DNA of 64,000 bases, from UHGV virus genome UHGV-0134778; one strand, 5' to 3'. Shown one piece after another: positions 53,732-61,513 of the stretch (within the stretch, counting starts at the first letter, position 1; each line of letters opens with the position of its first letter). The notes below the pieces were generated by a model. That model searched no databases. It was not told where the DNA came from and worked only from the letters and a program-made list of their open reading frames with translations. The DNA is from a virus. Both the position numbers and the translations under genes were made by a program.

Positions 53732-54627
53732 ATCTCCGCGTAAATTAAACTGGAATCAGTATACTTCTTTAGTGGGTAAATATCCTGTCCATAGATGCCG
53801 TCATTAAACACCTCATCTACCCAAAGGCTACACTTATATCCCATCATCTCTAAAACACCCATCTCTTCTTCGGTAAACTTATCACCGCTCTTGCAAGATG
53901 TCAACACCTCATTCTGTACTCTTGCTACCTCGAAGCGATTATTGGCAATATCGCTATTGGCGATCAAATACTCACCTAAAGGGTGTGCGGCATTAAAGAT
54001 GCACAGTGGGCGGTTGACGTAATAGTCTCCCGGTGTATAAAAATTGTTGAGATCCTTCACCAGAACATTCTTATCAGTCACTTCATTTATAACATCATGC
54101 ATATCACACATCTTTATATGTTTGAGGATTCCATCCCCCATCACAAAATAAAAACTTGCTGAGACACTCTCGGCATAGATCTTACTAGATCCGTTGTAGT
54201 TGTATTTTACGCGAATGCTTACAGGGGTTTTGCCTGTCGCGTTAGCCATCATCCAAAGGAACGGAAGTTCAAACTTCTCCTCTGAGGAAACAAAAGGTGA
54301 AGTTGCCAGAGATCGGAAACCACCAGAGAAGTTGAAAGTTACAGAGCCGCTCCGGCGATATGATACCGCATATTCTACTTTTATATCGACATAGCCGTTG
54401 GAGTAAGTGTGGCCTCCATTATCCAGATATGTCCATTTATCAGATCCGGATACCAGCCTACGCTCAATAACCTTCATTACTATAGGAATTAGCGGGTTGG
54501 TACAAACCGATTTTGAAGTAGCTTTATCATCCAAAGCCTCGTAAATTGCAGAAAGGATATCACCTGCTGAGAGATTGGTTGTGATATCTTGTTTCCACCT
54601 GGTGCTAAAACTGTTAAGATTTGCCAT
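53728..54627 (-). CDS. hypothetical protein
   Basis: 299 aa; first gene of the leftward block; promoter 54668-54696 and RBS AGGAGCAC. Confidence 0.5.
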   Translation of the reverse strand: MANLNSFSTRWKQDITTNLSAGDILSAIYEALDDKATSKSVCTNPLIPIVMKVIERRLVSGSDKWTYLDNGGHTYSNGYVDIKVEYAVSYRRSGSVTFNFSGGFRSLATSPFVSSEEKFELPFLWMMANATGKTPVSIRVKYNYNGSSKIYAESVSASFYFVMGDGILKHIKMCDMHDVINEVTDKNVLVKDLNNFYTPGDYYVNRPLCIFNAAHPLGEYLIANSDIANNRFEVARVQNEVLTSCKSGDKFTEEEMGVLEMMGYKCSLWVDEVFNDGIYGQDIYPLKKYTDSSLIYAEI

Positions 54628-54667
54628 GCGTAAGTGCTCCTATGTTAGTTTTCTTTTGAATGGGTGC

Positions 54668-54696
54668 ACTATATCGTGGATTTAGAGTAAAGTCAA
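54668..54696 (-). promoter_or_regulatory. sigma70-type promoter (leftward arm of a divergent pair)
   Basis: Minus strand TTGACT (54691-54696), 17 nt, TATAGT (54668-54673). Confidence 0.55.
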
Positions 54697-54709
54697 CACG
54701 TTTTTCAGG

Positions 54710-54738
54710 TTGACATCTTCTCAGGCACTTGGTAAGAT
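54710..54738 (+). promoter_or_regulatory. sigma70-type promoter (rightward arm of a divergent pair)
   Basis: TTGACA (54710-54715), 17 nt, TAAGAT (54733-54738). Confidence 0.55.
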
Positions 54739-54769
54739 TTCTCCACCCACAGAGAACAAGAGACAACTC

Positions 54770-55759
54770 ATGAATCTTGAAAAATATTATACACCAGAAG
54801 AGTTAGAGCGCTTGCTCAAAAAATACAGACGCAAACAGAATAACGCACGGAAACGGGATATAGAGTTCAACCTGTCATGGGAAGAATATCTCCTATTTGG
54901 TAAAAAACTTTTAGGAGAGGGAGTATGCGACTATACCCTTATACCTTTCGACATGCACACAGATGAAAACGGACTGGGAAATCCTTTCTACCCATCTCTG
55001 GAGCGGATAGATGATGAAGGTCCTTATGCGGTTGATAATTGTTGTGTGGTGGGATTGAGATGCAACTCCCTAAAGGACTGCCTGGTAGATAAAAAGACCG
55101 CAGTCTTGATTAAAGACAAAACTGATCGAAAAATTGTCCAGCAGATGATGCTCCACCTGAGCGAAGAGCGTATGGAGAAATTGAAAGGTGATTACACTTT
55201 TGAAGATTTCATCTTGCAATATGGAACGGAAGAAGATAAACTAGCACTCTTTGACGAAGAATGGGAGGAAGATATGTCACCAATGCAGGATTTTAAAAAC
55301 TTCATGGCTAATCGTGGAGCCAACAAGCACATTTCTGACATTATAAACGAGCCTGCAGTAGAGGAGATTGAAGAGATGACGCAAAAGGCTTACGAAGAGG
55401 AAAAAGAGCCTCAAGTGGTCGAAGAAGAGCTTACAGAAGAGGTTCCTGCACTGCCTGACGATGTTGAGATTGCCAAAGCTTACACTTTCTATTGCCAGAC
55501 GTTCTACGATGCAGGTATGAAAGTTGATCTGTCATTCAGCCAGTTTAAGAGCACATACATTCGAAAATGTTGTGCTTTAACTGGTGAACGTCTCGGTGCC
55601 GGACTTAAACCCCTATTAGTTACCGACTGGAACAAAGGTTTCACCAAAGGTAACTTCATGGTAGTATCTCCAATCATGGAGAAGGCTATGACAGACCTTA
55701 TGAAGACCACTCGCATGACAATGACCGAGTTGGCTGGTATTTTCAAGCACGTTAAATAA
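54770..55759 (+). CDS. hypothetical protein with an internally duplicated module
   Basis: ATG 54770 lies downstream of promoter 54710-54738. Two related segments (DIEFNLSWEEYLLFGKKLLGEG and KVDLSFSQFKSTYIRKCCALTGERL). Confidence 0.5.
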   Translation: MNLEKYYTPEELERLLKKYRRKQNNARKRDIEFNLSWEEYLLFGKKLLGEGVCDYTLIPFDMHTDENGLGNPFYPSLERIDDEGPYAVDNCCVVGLRCNSLKDCLVDKKTAVLIKDKTDRKIVQQMMLHLSEERMEKLKGDYTFEDFILQYGTEEDKLALFDEEWEEDMSPMQDFKNFMANRGANKHISDIINEPAVEEIEEMTQKAYEEEKEPQVVEEELTEEVPALPDDVEIAKAYTFYCQTFYDAGMKVDLSFSQFKSTYIRKCCALTGERLGAGLKPLLVTDWNKGFTKGNFMVVSPIMEKAMTDLMKTTRMTMTELAGIFKHVK

Positions 55760-55792
55760 TGACAGGGGCCAATGGCCCCTTCTGGAGTTTTA

Positions 55793-57253
55793 ATGGATAG
55801 CAGAAGTTCAGAAATCATTACCGCACAAAAAGATGATGCCTTGCGAATGCTGCAGGCCGCTCGCATGTACCTTCTTGAAAAGCTGCCGTTTTATGGCACA
55901 CTGTTGTCAGGGTTGCAGTTCGTAGAAAACCACACATGGTGCTCCACTATGGCAACAGACCATAAACGCATCTACTACAGCCCTGAGTTCATTATGGGGT
56001 TGGCAGATGAGCGTAAAACCATTCTTAAAGCATCTCTGACTGACAAGCAGTTTGAGATGGCTGAGGTTTTCTATTCCCCAAAATCTGTGAAAGAGGTGGC
56101 CTTCCTTCTGTCACATGAGGTGGGGCATATTATCTGTGATCATCTGGTCCGTGGTAAAAGCTTTGAGCCGGAACTGTTCAATATTGCTTGTGATCACGTT
56201 ATCAACACAGGTCTTGTGGTTGACTTTAGCAAGCCTCCTTGTGTTTTCTTCCCGAAGGGGAAAAGCACTGAGTTCGTAAAAGGTAAGCCTTTTGGCTTCT
56301 TAGCTAATTGCTACTGCGACATGAAGTTTCATGGATGGATTGCTGAGAACGTCTATGCAGTTCTTGATAAACAAAGAGATCAGAATAGCGGTAAAAGTAA
56401 GAACGGTAAAGGCGAGAACTCCCAAGGAGATAAACGACAAACCGATGATCACATGAGCGGGAACGGTGGCACTAGTGATGATCTTGGAAAGGCTATGGGG
56501 TATGATCAGCCGCAACCAGTAATCAGTCAATCTGATAAAGATCAGGCCATGCAGGACTCTGGTGACATGTTGGAAGCAGCAATGCAAGCTTCAGGAGGTC
56601 GTTGCCCTGAGGCGGTGCGCGAGTTTGTCAAAAACAGAGGCAAGCCTGTAATCAACTATATAGATATTATTAAGCAACGTATGTTGTCTAAACGAAAGGC
56701 CGAGCTAACCTACAGAAAACCTGGTCGCCGATCTGGGTCTTTGACCACCACAATGCGAAAAGTTGGAGCTATAAACAAGAATCAACACATTATTGTTCCT
56801 GGTCGTAATCCGGAAAACACCATAGATATTGTAGTGGCTTTGGACGTTTCTGGATCGATCTCGCAAAGAACTTTAAAGAAAATGTTCAATGAGATCACCG
56901 GGTTGTGCAATTTGTATAAAGAGTTTAAGGTTACGATGTTCTGTTGGTCAACCGAGGTTGGAGAGGTTAAAGTATACACTCGCGGTAACATCGATGAGAT
57001 GATCAACTATGAGGTCCACTCAACATGGGGCACAACAGCCGCCTGCGTGTTCGAGTATCTGGATGCTAACATACCGAATGCAAAAGATGTCATCGTCCTT
57101 ACCGACCTCTACTTTGAGCATAACTTTGAACAAAAGGCTGTTGACAACAAGTGGAAAAAGTACGATACTTTATGGGTTCTCACCGAAGGGTATAATAAAA
57201 ATTATATCCCGAGCTTTGGGAAAACTGTGGAATTAATCGAGTATGCTAAGTAA
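55793..57253 (+). CDS. putative metallopeptidase (HExxH) plus von Willebrand factor A domain protein, DUF2201-like
   Basis: N-terminal LLSHEVGHIICDH...NIACDHVIN; C-terminal VWA with MIDAS-like DVSGSIS. Start taken at ATG 55793 after GGAG; alternative 55772. Confidence 0.65.
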   Translation: MDSRSSEIITAQKDDALRMLQAARMYLLEKLPFYGTLLSGLQFVENHTWCSTMATDHKRIYYSPEFIMGLADERKTILKASLTDKQFEMAEVFYSPKSVKEVAFLLSHEVGHIICDHLVRGKSFEPELFNIACDHVINTGLVVDFSKPPCVFFPKGKSTEFVKGKPFGFLANCYCDMKFHGWIAENVYAVLDKQRDQNSGKSKNGKGENSQGDKRQTDDHMSGNGGTSDDLGKAMGYDQPQPVISQSDKDQAMQDSGDMLEAAMQASGGRCPEAVREFVKNRGKPVINYIDIIKQRMLSKRKAELTYRKPGRRSGSLTTTMRKVGAINKNQHIIVPGRNPENTIDIVVALDVSGSISQRTLKKMFNEITGLCNLYKEFKVTMFCWSTEVGEVKVYTRGNIDEMINYEVHSTWGTTAACVFEYLDANIPNAKDVIVLTDLYFEHNFEQKAVDNKWKKYDTLWVLTEGYNKNYIPSFGKTVELIEYAK

Positions 57254-57259
57254 GAGAGG

Positions 57260-57526
57260 ATGGTATTTATGGCAACAGAGGTAGTAATTAAAGCTGAACG
57301 CCCAGTTAAAAAAGCTATCAACACGTTCCCTGTAGGAACCATTGTGAGCATGATTACAGAGTCAGGCCGTGTATCTACACTGCTAATCGTGAAATCTGCA
57401 TGCTCATCTTGTGTGTGGGCATACGATCTTGACGAGAAAGAACTGAAAGATTTTGTCGGGGAGCTGAAAGCAACAGAGCTTGACGCTCGTATCGAAGTAT
57501 TTGGTGAAACTATGGAGGAAGAGTAA
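57260..57526 (+). CDS. hypothetical protein, paralogue set (57260/57526/57791)
   Basis: Similar size and pattern to the next two genes; RBS AGAGAGGA. Confidence 0.45.
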   Translation: MVFMATEVVIKAERPVKKAINTFPVGTIVSMITESGRVSTLLIVKSACSSCVWAYDLDEKELKDFVGELKATELDARIEVFGETMEEE

Positions 57527-57789
57527 TGACTACAAAAATCACCATTGCAGAACCAAAAGCTAACACGCAACCTATCGAAAAGTTTAAATGCGGTGAGGTG
57601 GTAACATTCACACCAGATAATGAAGATGCCAAGATTTTTGCCATGGTCACAGCCGAGTGGATGTGTGACAATACCACACAGGTGCTGCGTTTTGACACCT
57701 ATCTTACAGATGAAATCAGGAACGACAAGATCGTGACTGGTGTGGATACTGAGATTATTTTCTACAAGAGCTTTTTAGAGGGTTTCTGA
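57526..57789 (+). CDS. hypothetical protein, paralogue set
   Basis: 87 aa; ATGA coupling. Confidence 0.45.
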   Translation: MTTKITIAEPKANTQPIEKFKCGEVVTFTPDNEDAKIFAMVTAEWMCDNTTQVLRFDTYLTDEIRNDKIVTGVDTEIIFYKSFLEGF

Positions 57790-57790
57790 T

Positions 57791-58024
57791 ATGGCAAAAA
57801 TTCGTAAATTATCCAGCAATCAGGTTGTGAAAGACTTTGAATCTGGAGAGATCTTGTATGTCCGTGATGCAGATGATGAATGTGAAGATCTTGTTATGCT
57901 GGTAGGGCACGCTGAAGACGGATGCATCCAGGCTGTTTTTCTTGAAACAGCGATGGTGCACTGGATAGAGCTGGACCTGAAAGCACGAAAACCTAAAGCA
58001 GAAATCATTATTTACGAAGATTAA
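57791..58024 (+). CDS. hypothetical protein, paralogue set
   Basis: 77-aa ORF. Confidence 0.45.
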   Translation: MAKIRKLSSNQVVKDFESGEILYVRDADDECEDLVMLVGHAEDGCIQAVFLETAMVHWIELDLKARKPKAEIIIYED

Positions 58025-58040
58025 CAAGAAGGAGAGAGCC

Positions 58041-58490
58041 GTGTTGAGCAAACGTGAATGCGACAGCATTAGCCTGAATTCTTATAAGAAACAATGGTTT
58101 GGGGTAGAAGTTTGCCGACTACGGCTGGGCTCCTACTTGAACTTCGTCCATTATGAGAGTGACAGTCGTATCGTTTCTTATGAAGTGTTCTACACTAAGA
58201 ATACATTCGAGCTGAGACGTAAGGTGGATGGCGGGAGATCTACCGCCCAGAATAATTGGGAAACTATTCTGCCTCCAGATGTTATAGGAAGTCCCCTGAA
58301 TGTATCTGAAGATGAAAATCTTATGGTTCATGCTATGATGGGACTTGACAGCTTAGAGCTGGCGATCTATGATATGTCCATCGAAGCAGTTAAGTTGGAC
58401 TACATCGAAAACACTTTAGAGGAAGGTATCAAGAAGTTTCTCGGTGAGAAATTGAAAGCCCACTTTCATAAGGAGCTATATCTGTTATGA
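58041..58490 (+). CDS. hypothetical protein
   Basis: 149 aa; RBS AAGGAGAGAG. Confidence 0.5.
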   Translation: MLSKRECDSISLNSYKKQWFGVEVCRLRLGSYLNFVHYESDSRIVSYEVFYTKNTFELRRKVDGGRSTAQNNWETILPPDVIGSPLNVSEDENLMVHAMMGLDSLELAIYDMSIEAVKLDYIENTLEEGIKKFLGEKLKAHFHKELYLL

Positions 58491-58732
58491 AGACCCGTAA
58501 AGAACGTAACAAGATTTTACCTGGCGCTCTCGAACACATGATGAAGTGCAGATCTATCTGGCACTCTGCCAAGGAGGGCCAGCATGTGGTCGTGGTTAGT
58601 GATAATGTCAACCCGTTCGGTGATTATGTCACCATGATGACTCCATACATCCGCGACGGTGTTGTGGAAGTGGTTCCTTATAACGGTCTGCATGAGAGGC
58701 ATTTTGAGAGCACTTTGCTAGTGGAGCTATAA
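58487..58732 (+). CDS. hypothetical protein
   Basis: 81 aa; ATGA coupling. Confidence 0.5.
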   Translation: MKTRKERNKILPGALEHMMKCRSIWHSAKEGQHVVVVSDNVNPFGDYVTMMTPYIRDGVVEVVPYNGLHERHFESTLLVEL

Positions 58733-58734
58733 TT

Positions 58735-59301
58735 ATGGCGGTCAATGTGGCTTACAACACAGGAAAGCTTGACAGAGACATTGGGTGTCTTGTCCTTTCA
58801 GATACAGAGGAGTATTGGGGTTATGGGTTGCTGTCAGACCCACACCCGAGCAACCTTGTATCAACGGTGCTCTATCGCTACGACCCTGTACCAACGGTGC
58901 ACGACAAAGATATTCACGACCTTCGGATCAAGTGTCTGGAAGATCTTCTGAACAATGGCTGCAACGATCTGCAGGTAGCCAAGGAGAAGCTTACAAACAT
59001 CCACAAAGAGGAAGTGATGAGCACTCTCAGTAAGAGGTCAGTGCACAAAAAGATGATGCTGAACTTTGCAATGGGTATCTACATGGATGGGTATAAGGGT
59101 GGGGATCCGATCCTCAAGCTTCGCTGCCCAACACTGTGGGAAAGAGTGGTTGACAGTAAGGACGGTACTGCCCTGCTAGAACTCCACACTGCAGGTTGGA
59201 TTTGGCGGTATGTAGACGGATACCCTCTGTGGGCATGTGGGCCGGGTGAGTTTGTTGACAGACCTAGCGCGGTGGTGGACTTGCTATTGCAGTTTGAATA
59301 A
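58735..59301 (+). CDS. hypothetical protein
   Basis: 188-aa ORF. Confidence 0.5.
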   Translation: MAVNVAYNTGKLDRDIGCLVLSDTEEYWGYGLLSDPHPSNLVSTVLYRYDPVPTVHDKDIHDLRIKCLEDLLNNGCNDLQVAKEKLTNIHKEEVMSTLSKRSVHKKMMLNFAMGIYMDGYKGGDPILKLRCPTLWERVVDSKDGTALLELHTAGWIWRYVDGYPLWACGPGEFVDRPSAVVDLLLQFE

Positions 59302-59356
59302 AAGGTGAGTTATAAGGCACTCATACACCTATCAACAATAAACAGGAGAGACTGAG

Positions 59357-59632
59357 ATGACGAAGGAAGAGGCAGACGTATTAGACTTTGCATTAGAAGC
59401 TACGCAGGAGGCTTTGGTGTTAGCTTGGAAAATGAACCAGCGTGCTGCAGAATGCAACCGCCGCATCAATGAGATTCTAGGCATGTCTATGTATGATTTC
59501 ACCATGCATGCTGGAGAGATTCCTGAATTAACTGCTGAGATGAATGATCTTGACAATAAAATTAATATCATTCTGAAGACAGCAGAAACAACTCACCAAA
59601 CCGCCCGTAAATTTATCAACGAGAAGGTGTGA
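59357..59632 (+). CDS. hypothetical protein
   Basis: 91 aa; RBS AGGAGAG. Confidence 0.5.
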   Translation: MTKEEADVLDFALEATQEALVLAWKMNQRAAECNRRINEILGMSMYDFTMHAGEIPELTAEMNDLDNKINIILKTAETTHQTARKFINEKV

Positions 59633-60108
59633 ATATGGACTACAGCTACTGCGGAGAAGAAGTACCTTTCAACTACAGCAATCTCACCACGAGCAATCCA
59701 TATGAGACTCGTCACGGCACCCACATCATTGCTATCGACTTTGATGGAACGTTTAATGCGAGCCCTTTCATCTTCTCCCGCCTTATTAAGGACCTGAAGA
59801 AGGAAGGGTGGACAGTCTATCTTGTGACTTTCCGATTCATCACTCAAGACAACGTGGACATCGAATACTGGCGCAAGGAGTTAGATGTTGGAGTGTTTTA
59901 TACTGGAGGCGTTCAGAAGGCCGCTTATCTGGCGCAGTTTGATATCTACCCAGACATCTGGGTTGATGATTCTCCAGCTTGCATTCTGGCTAAGAATCAG
60001 TTAGAGTTTGCAATGAAGGAGATTGAGTATAAGTCTGACGCTAAGCGTAACGGATGGCCCTTTATTATTGGAGATTATCCAGATCCTGAACCGGAGAAAG
60101 AACCATGA
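59629..60108 (+). CDS. HAD-superfamily hydrolase (nucleotidase/phosphatase-like)
   Basis: Motif I IIAIDFDGTF (DxDGT) and a later VWVDDSP acidic motif. Confidence 0.5.
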   Translation: MNMDYSYCGEEVPFNYSNLTTSNPYETRHGTHIIAIDFDGTFNASPFIFSRLIKDLKKEGWTVYLVTFRFITQDNVDIEYWRKELDVGVFYTGGVQKAAYLAQFDIYPDIWVDDSPACILAKNQLEFAMKEIEYKSDAKRNGWPFIIGDYPDPEPEKEP

Positions 60109-60275
60109 AACGAAGATACCATTACGTGATGTGGAAGTTATATCATGGTGCTGCTAAGGCTTATCGAGCCGTGTTTGGTAATGACAATCACTGCATTATG
60201 TTACACCTTACATCCATTGAGCATCACAATGAGTGGATTCGTGCAATCGTAATAGGTGACAAAGACTTTAAGTAA
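60105..60275 (+). CDS. small protein (56 aa)
   Basis: ATG overlaps the upstream stop (ATGA) with GGAGAAAG ahead; His/Tyr-rich. Confidence 0.3.
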   Translation: MKRRYHYVMWKLYHGAAKAYRAVFGNDNHCIMLHLTSIEHHNEWIRAIVIGDKDFK

Positions 60276-60305
60276 AATATGGCTTTCTAGATGGAGACTA
60301 ACTAA

Positions 60306-60689
60306 ATGTGCAAGTGTAAATCTTATAATTGGAAAGTGAAAGGTGCCAAGCATCCAAATGTTATCGTTGATGTGCCTAAAAAGCTCCGTGACGGCAAAAA
60401 ACGTGTGTGCCTTGATAAGTGCATGGCTAAACCTATCATGAGCCTATGGGCGGCAGGATTGAAGACCTTAAACTGCTGCTGTGGTCATAACAAACGCCCA
60501 CCAAGCATTATCATACCGGAGAATGCAGATCCTAAAGCATATGCCAAGATACTGACCCGCTACTACAGCACCTTCTTGATTGGAAAATGGTGCCACGATG
60601 AACTCCAGTGGTGGATAGCGTATGGCGGTCTTGGTGCTGCTTTAGGTTTCCCAGCTTTATCAGATAAATCTGTCAAGGTATCGTCGTAA
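60306..60689 (+). CDS. cysteine-rich hypothetical protein
   Basis: 127 aa with many Cys (CKCK, CLDKC, CCCGH); RBS GGAGA. Confidence 0.5.
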   Translation: MCKCKSYNWKVKGAKHPNVIVDVPKKLRDGKKRVCLDKCMAKPIMSLWAAGLKTLNCCCGHNKRPPSIIIPENADPKAYAKILTRYYSTFLIGKWCHDELQWWIAYGGLGAALGFPALSDKSVKVSS

Positions 60690-60793
60690 CCTATTTTAAG
60701 GCCTCAAACGAGGCCTATGCCTTCATAAACTACCTGCCTCTGTGTGATTACCCTTCTAAATAAAATACCCTCTCAAATTGCTTAAAATTAAGC

Positions 60794-60822
60794 TTGACAT
60801 CAACACCAGATTTATATATGAT
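60794..60822 (+). promoter_or_regulatory. sigma70-type promoter
   Basis: TTGACA (60794-60799), 17 nt, TATGAT (60817-60822). Confidence 0.5.
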
Positions 60823-60852
60823 TATCTCATCAACCAAGCAGAGGAGATTGTC

Positions 60853-61260
60853 ATGGATAATCTTGCAAGTGTGAACGTCGAAATTGTTAAACTAAAGTTC
60901 TTGGGCTTTCGAGACCCTAATTCTCTAACAGCTATACTGATGGATACCCACTTCACACCTGGGAAGGAGTACACTGCCTTCCGTTATATTTGTGGAGATC
61001 ACGAATCGGCCTATAGTGTGAATACAAACCTCGGCGAGGGGTATTTCATCAAAGATATCACAGATCACTTGTGGGGTATGTGGGAATTGGTGGAAGAAGA
61101 GAATAAATCCCTTCCCAAAGAGATTTGGGTGCACACCTTCCACACAGGTAAGTTCGGAGGTACGGCACATAAGTCTATCCACTATGAAGAAGAAAGTGCC
61201 ATCAAGCAACAAGCTGTGCTTGGTGGATCTGTAGAAAAATTTGTTAAATGCGAGGACTGA
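60853..61260 (+). CDS. hypothetical protein
   Basis: Start at ATG 60853 after GAGGAG, downstream of promoter 60794-60822; the track ORF from 60778 would contain that promoter. Confidence 0.5.
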   Translation: MDNLASVNVEIVKLKFLGFRDPNSLTAILMDTHFTPGKEYTAFRYICGDHESAYSVNTNLGEGYFIKDITDHLWGMWELVEEENKSLPKEIWVHTFHTGKFGGTAHKSIHYEEESAIKQQAVLGGSVEKFVKCED

Positions 61261-61263
61261 GAA

Positions 61264-61464
61264 ATGGCTGATTTTTGTAAAGATTGCTCTGAAGAGTTGT
61301 TTGGCTTTGACTGCAAAGATTTGGAAGGTCTGATCACTGAGGATCAGTGGAAGGAAGGCTATGCAGCACCTGTTATTTGTGAAGGTTGTGGCTATACCTA
61401 TGTTGACCATAAAGGTAAGCGCGTCAAGCCGTCTGAAGATGGGGCATGTTGGGAGTATTACTAA
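61264..61464 (+). CDS. small zinc-ribbon-like protein
   Basis: CKDCSEE...CEGCGY gives two CxxC pairs; followed by the bidirectional terminator. Confidence 0.5.
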   Translation: MADFCKDCSEELFGFDCKDLEGLITEDQWKEGYAAPVICEGCGYTYVDHKGKRVKPSEDGACWEYY

Positions 61465-61477
61465 CTATAAAAAGAAA

Positions 61478-61502
61478 GGGGCCAAACGGCCCCCTTTTTT
61501 AT
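61478..61502. terminator. bidirectional intrinsic terminator between convergent genes
   Basis: GGGGCC-AAAC-GGCCCC flanked by AAAAAGAAA on one side and CTTTTTTATTT on the other. Confidence 0.75.
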
Positions 61503-61513
61503 TTACCCCCTTG

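Noticed and set aside
54710-54769. TTG start at 54710 for the 349-aa ORF
   Set aside because: These bases form a TTGACA-N17-TAAGAT promoter; the ATG at 54770 downstream of it is the more plausible start.
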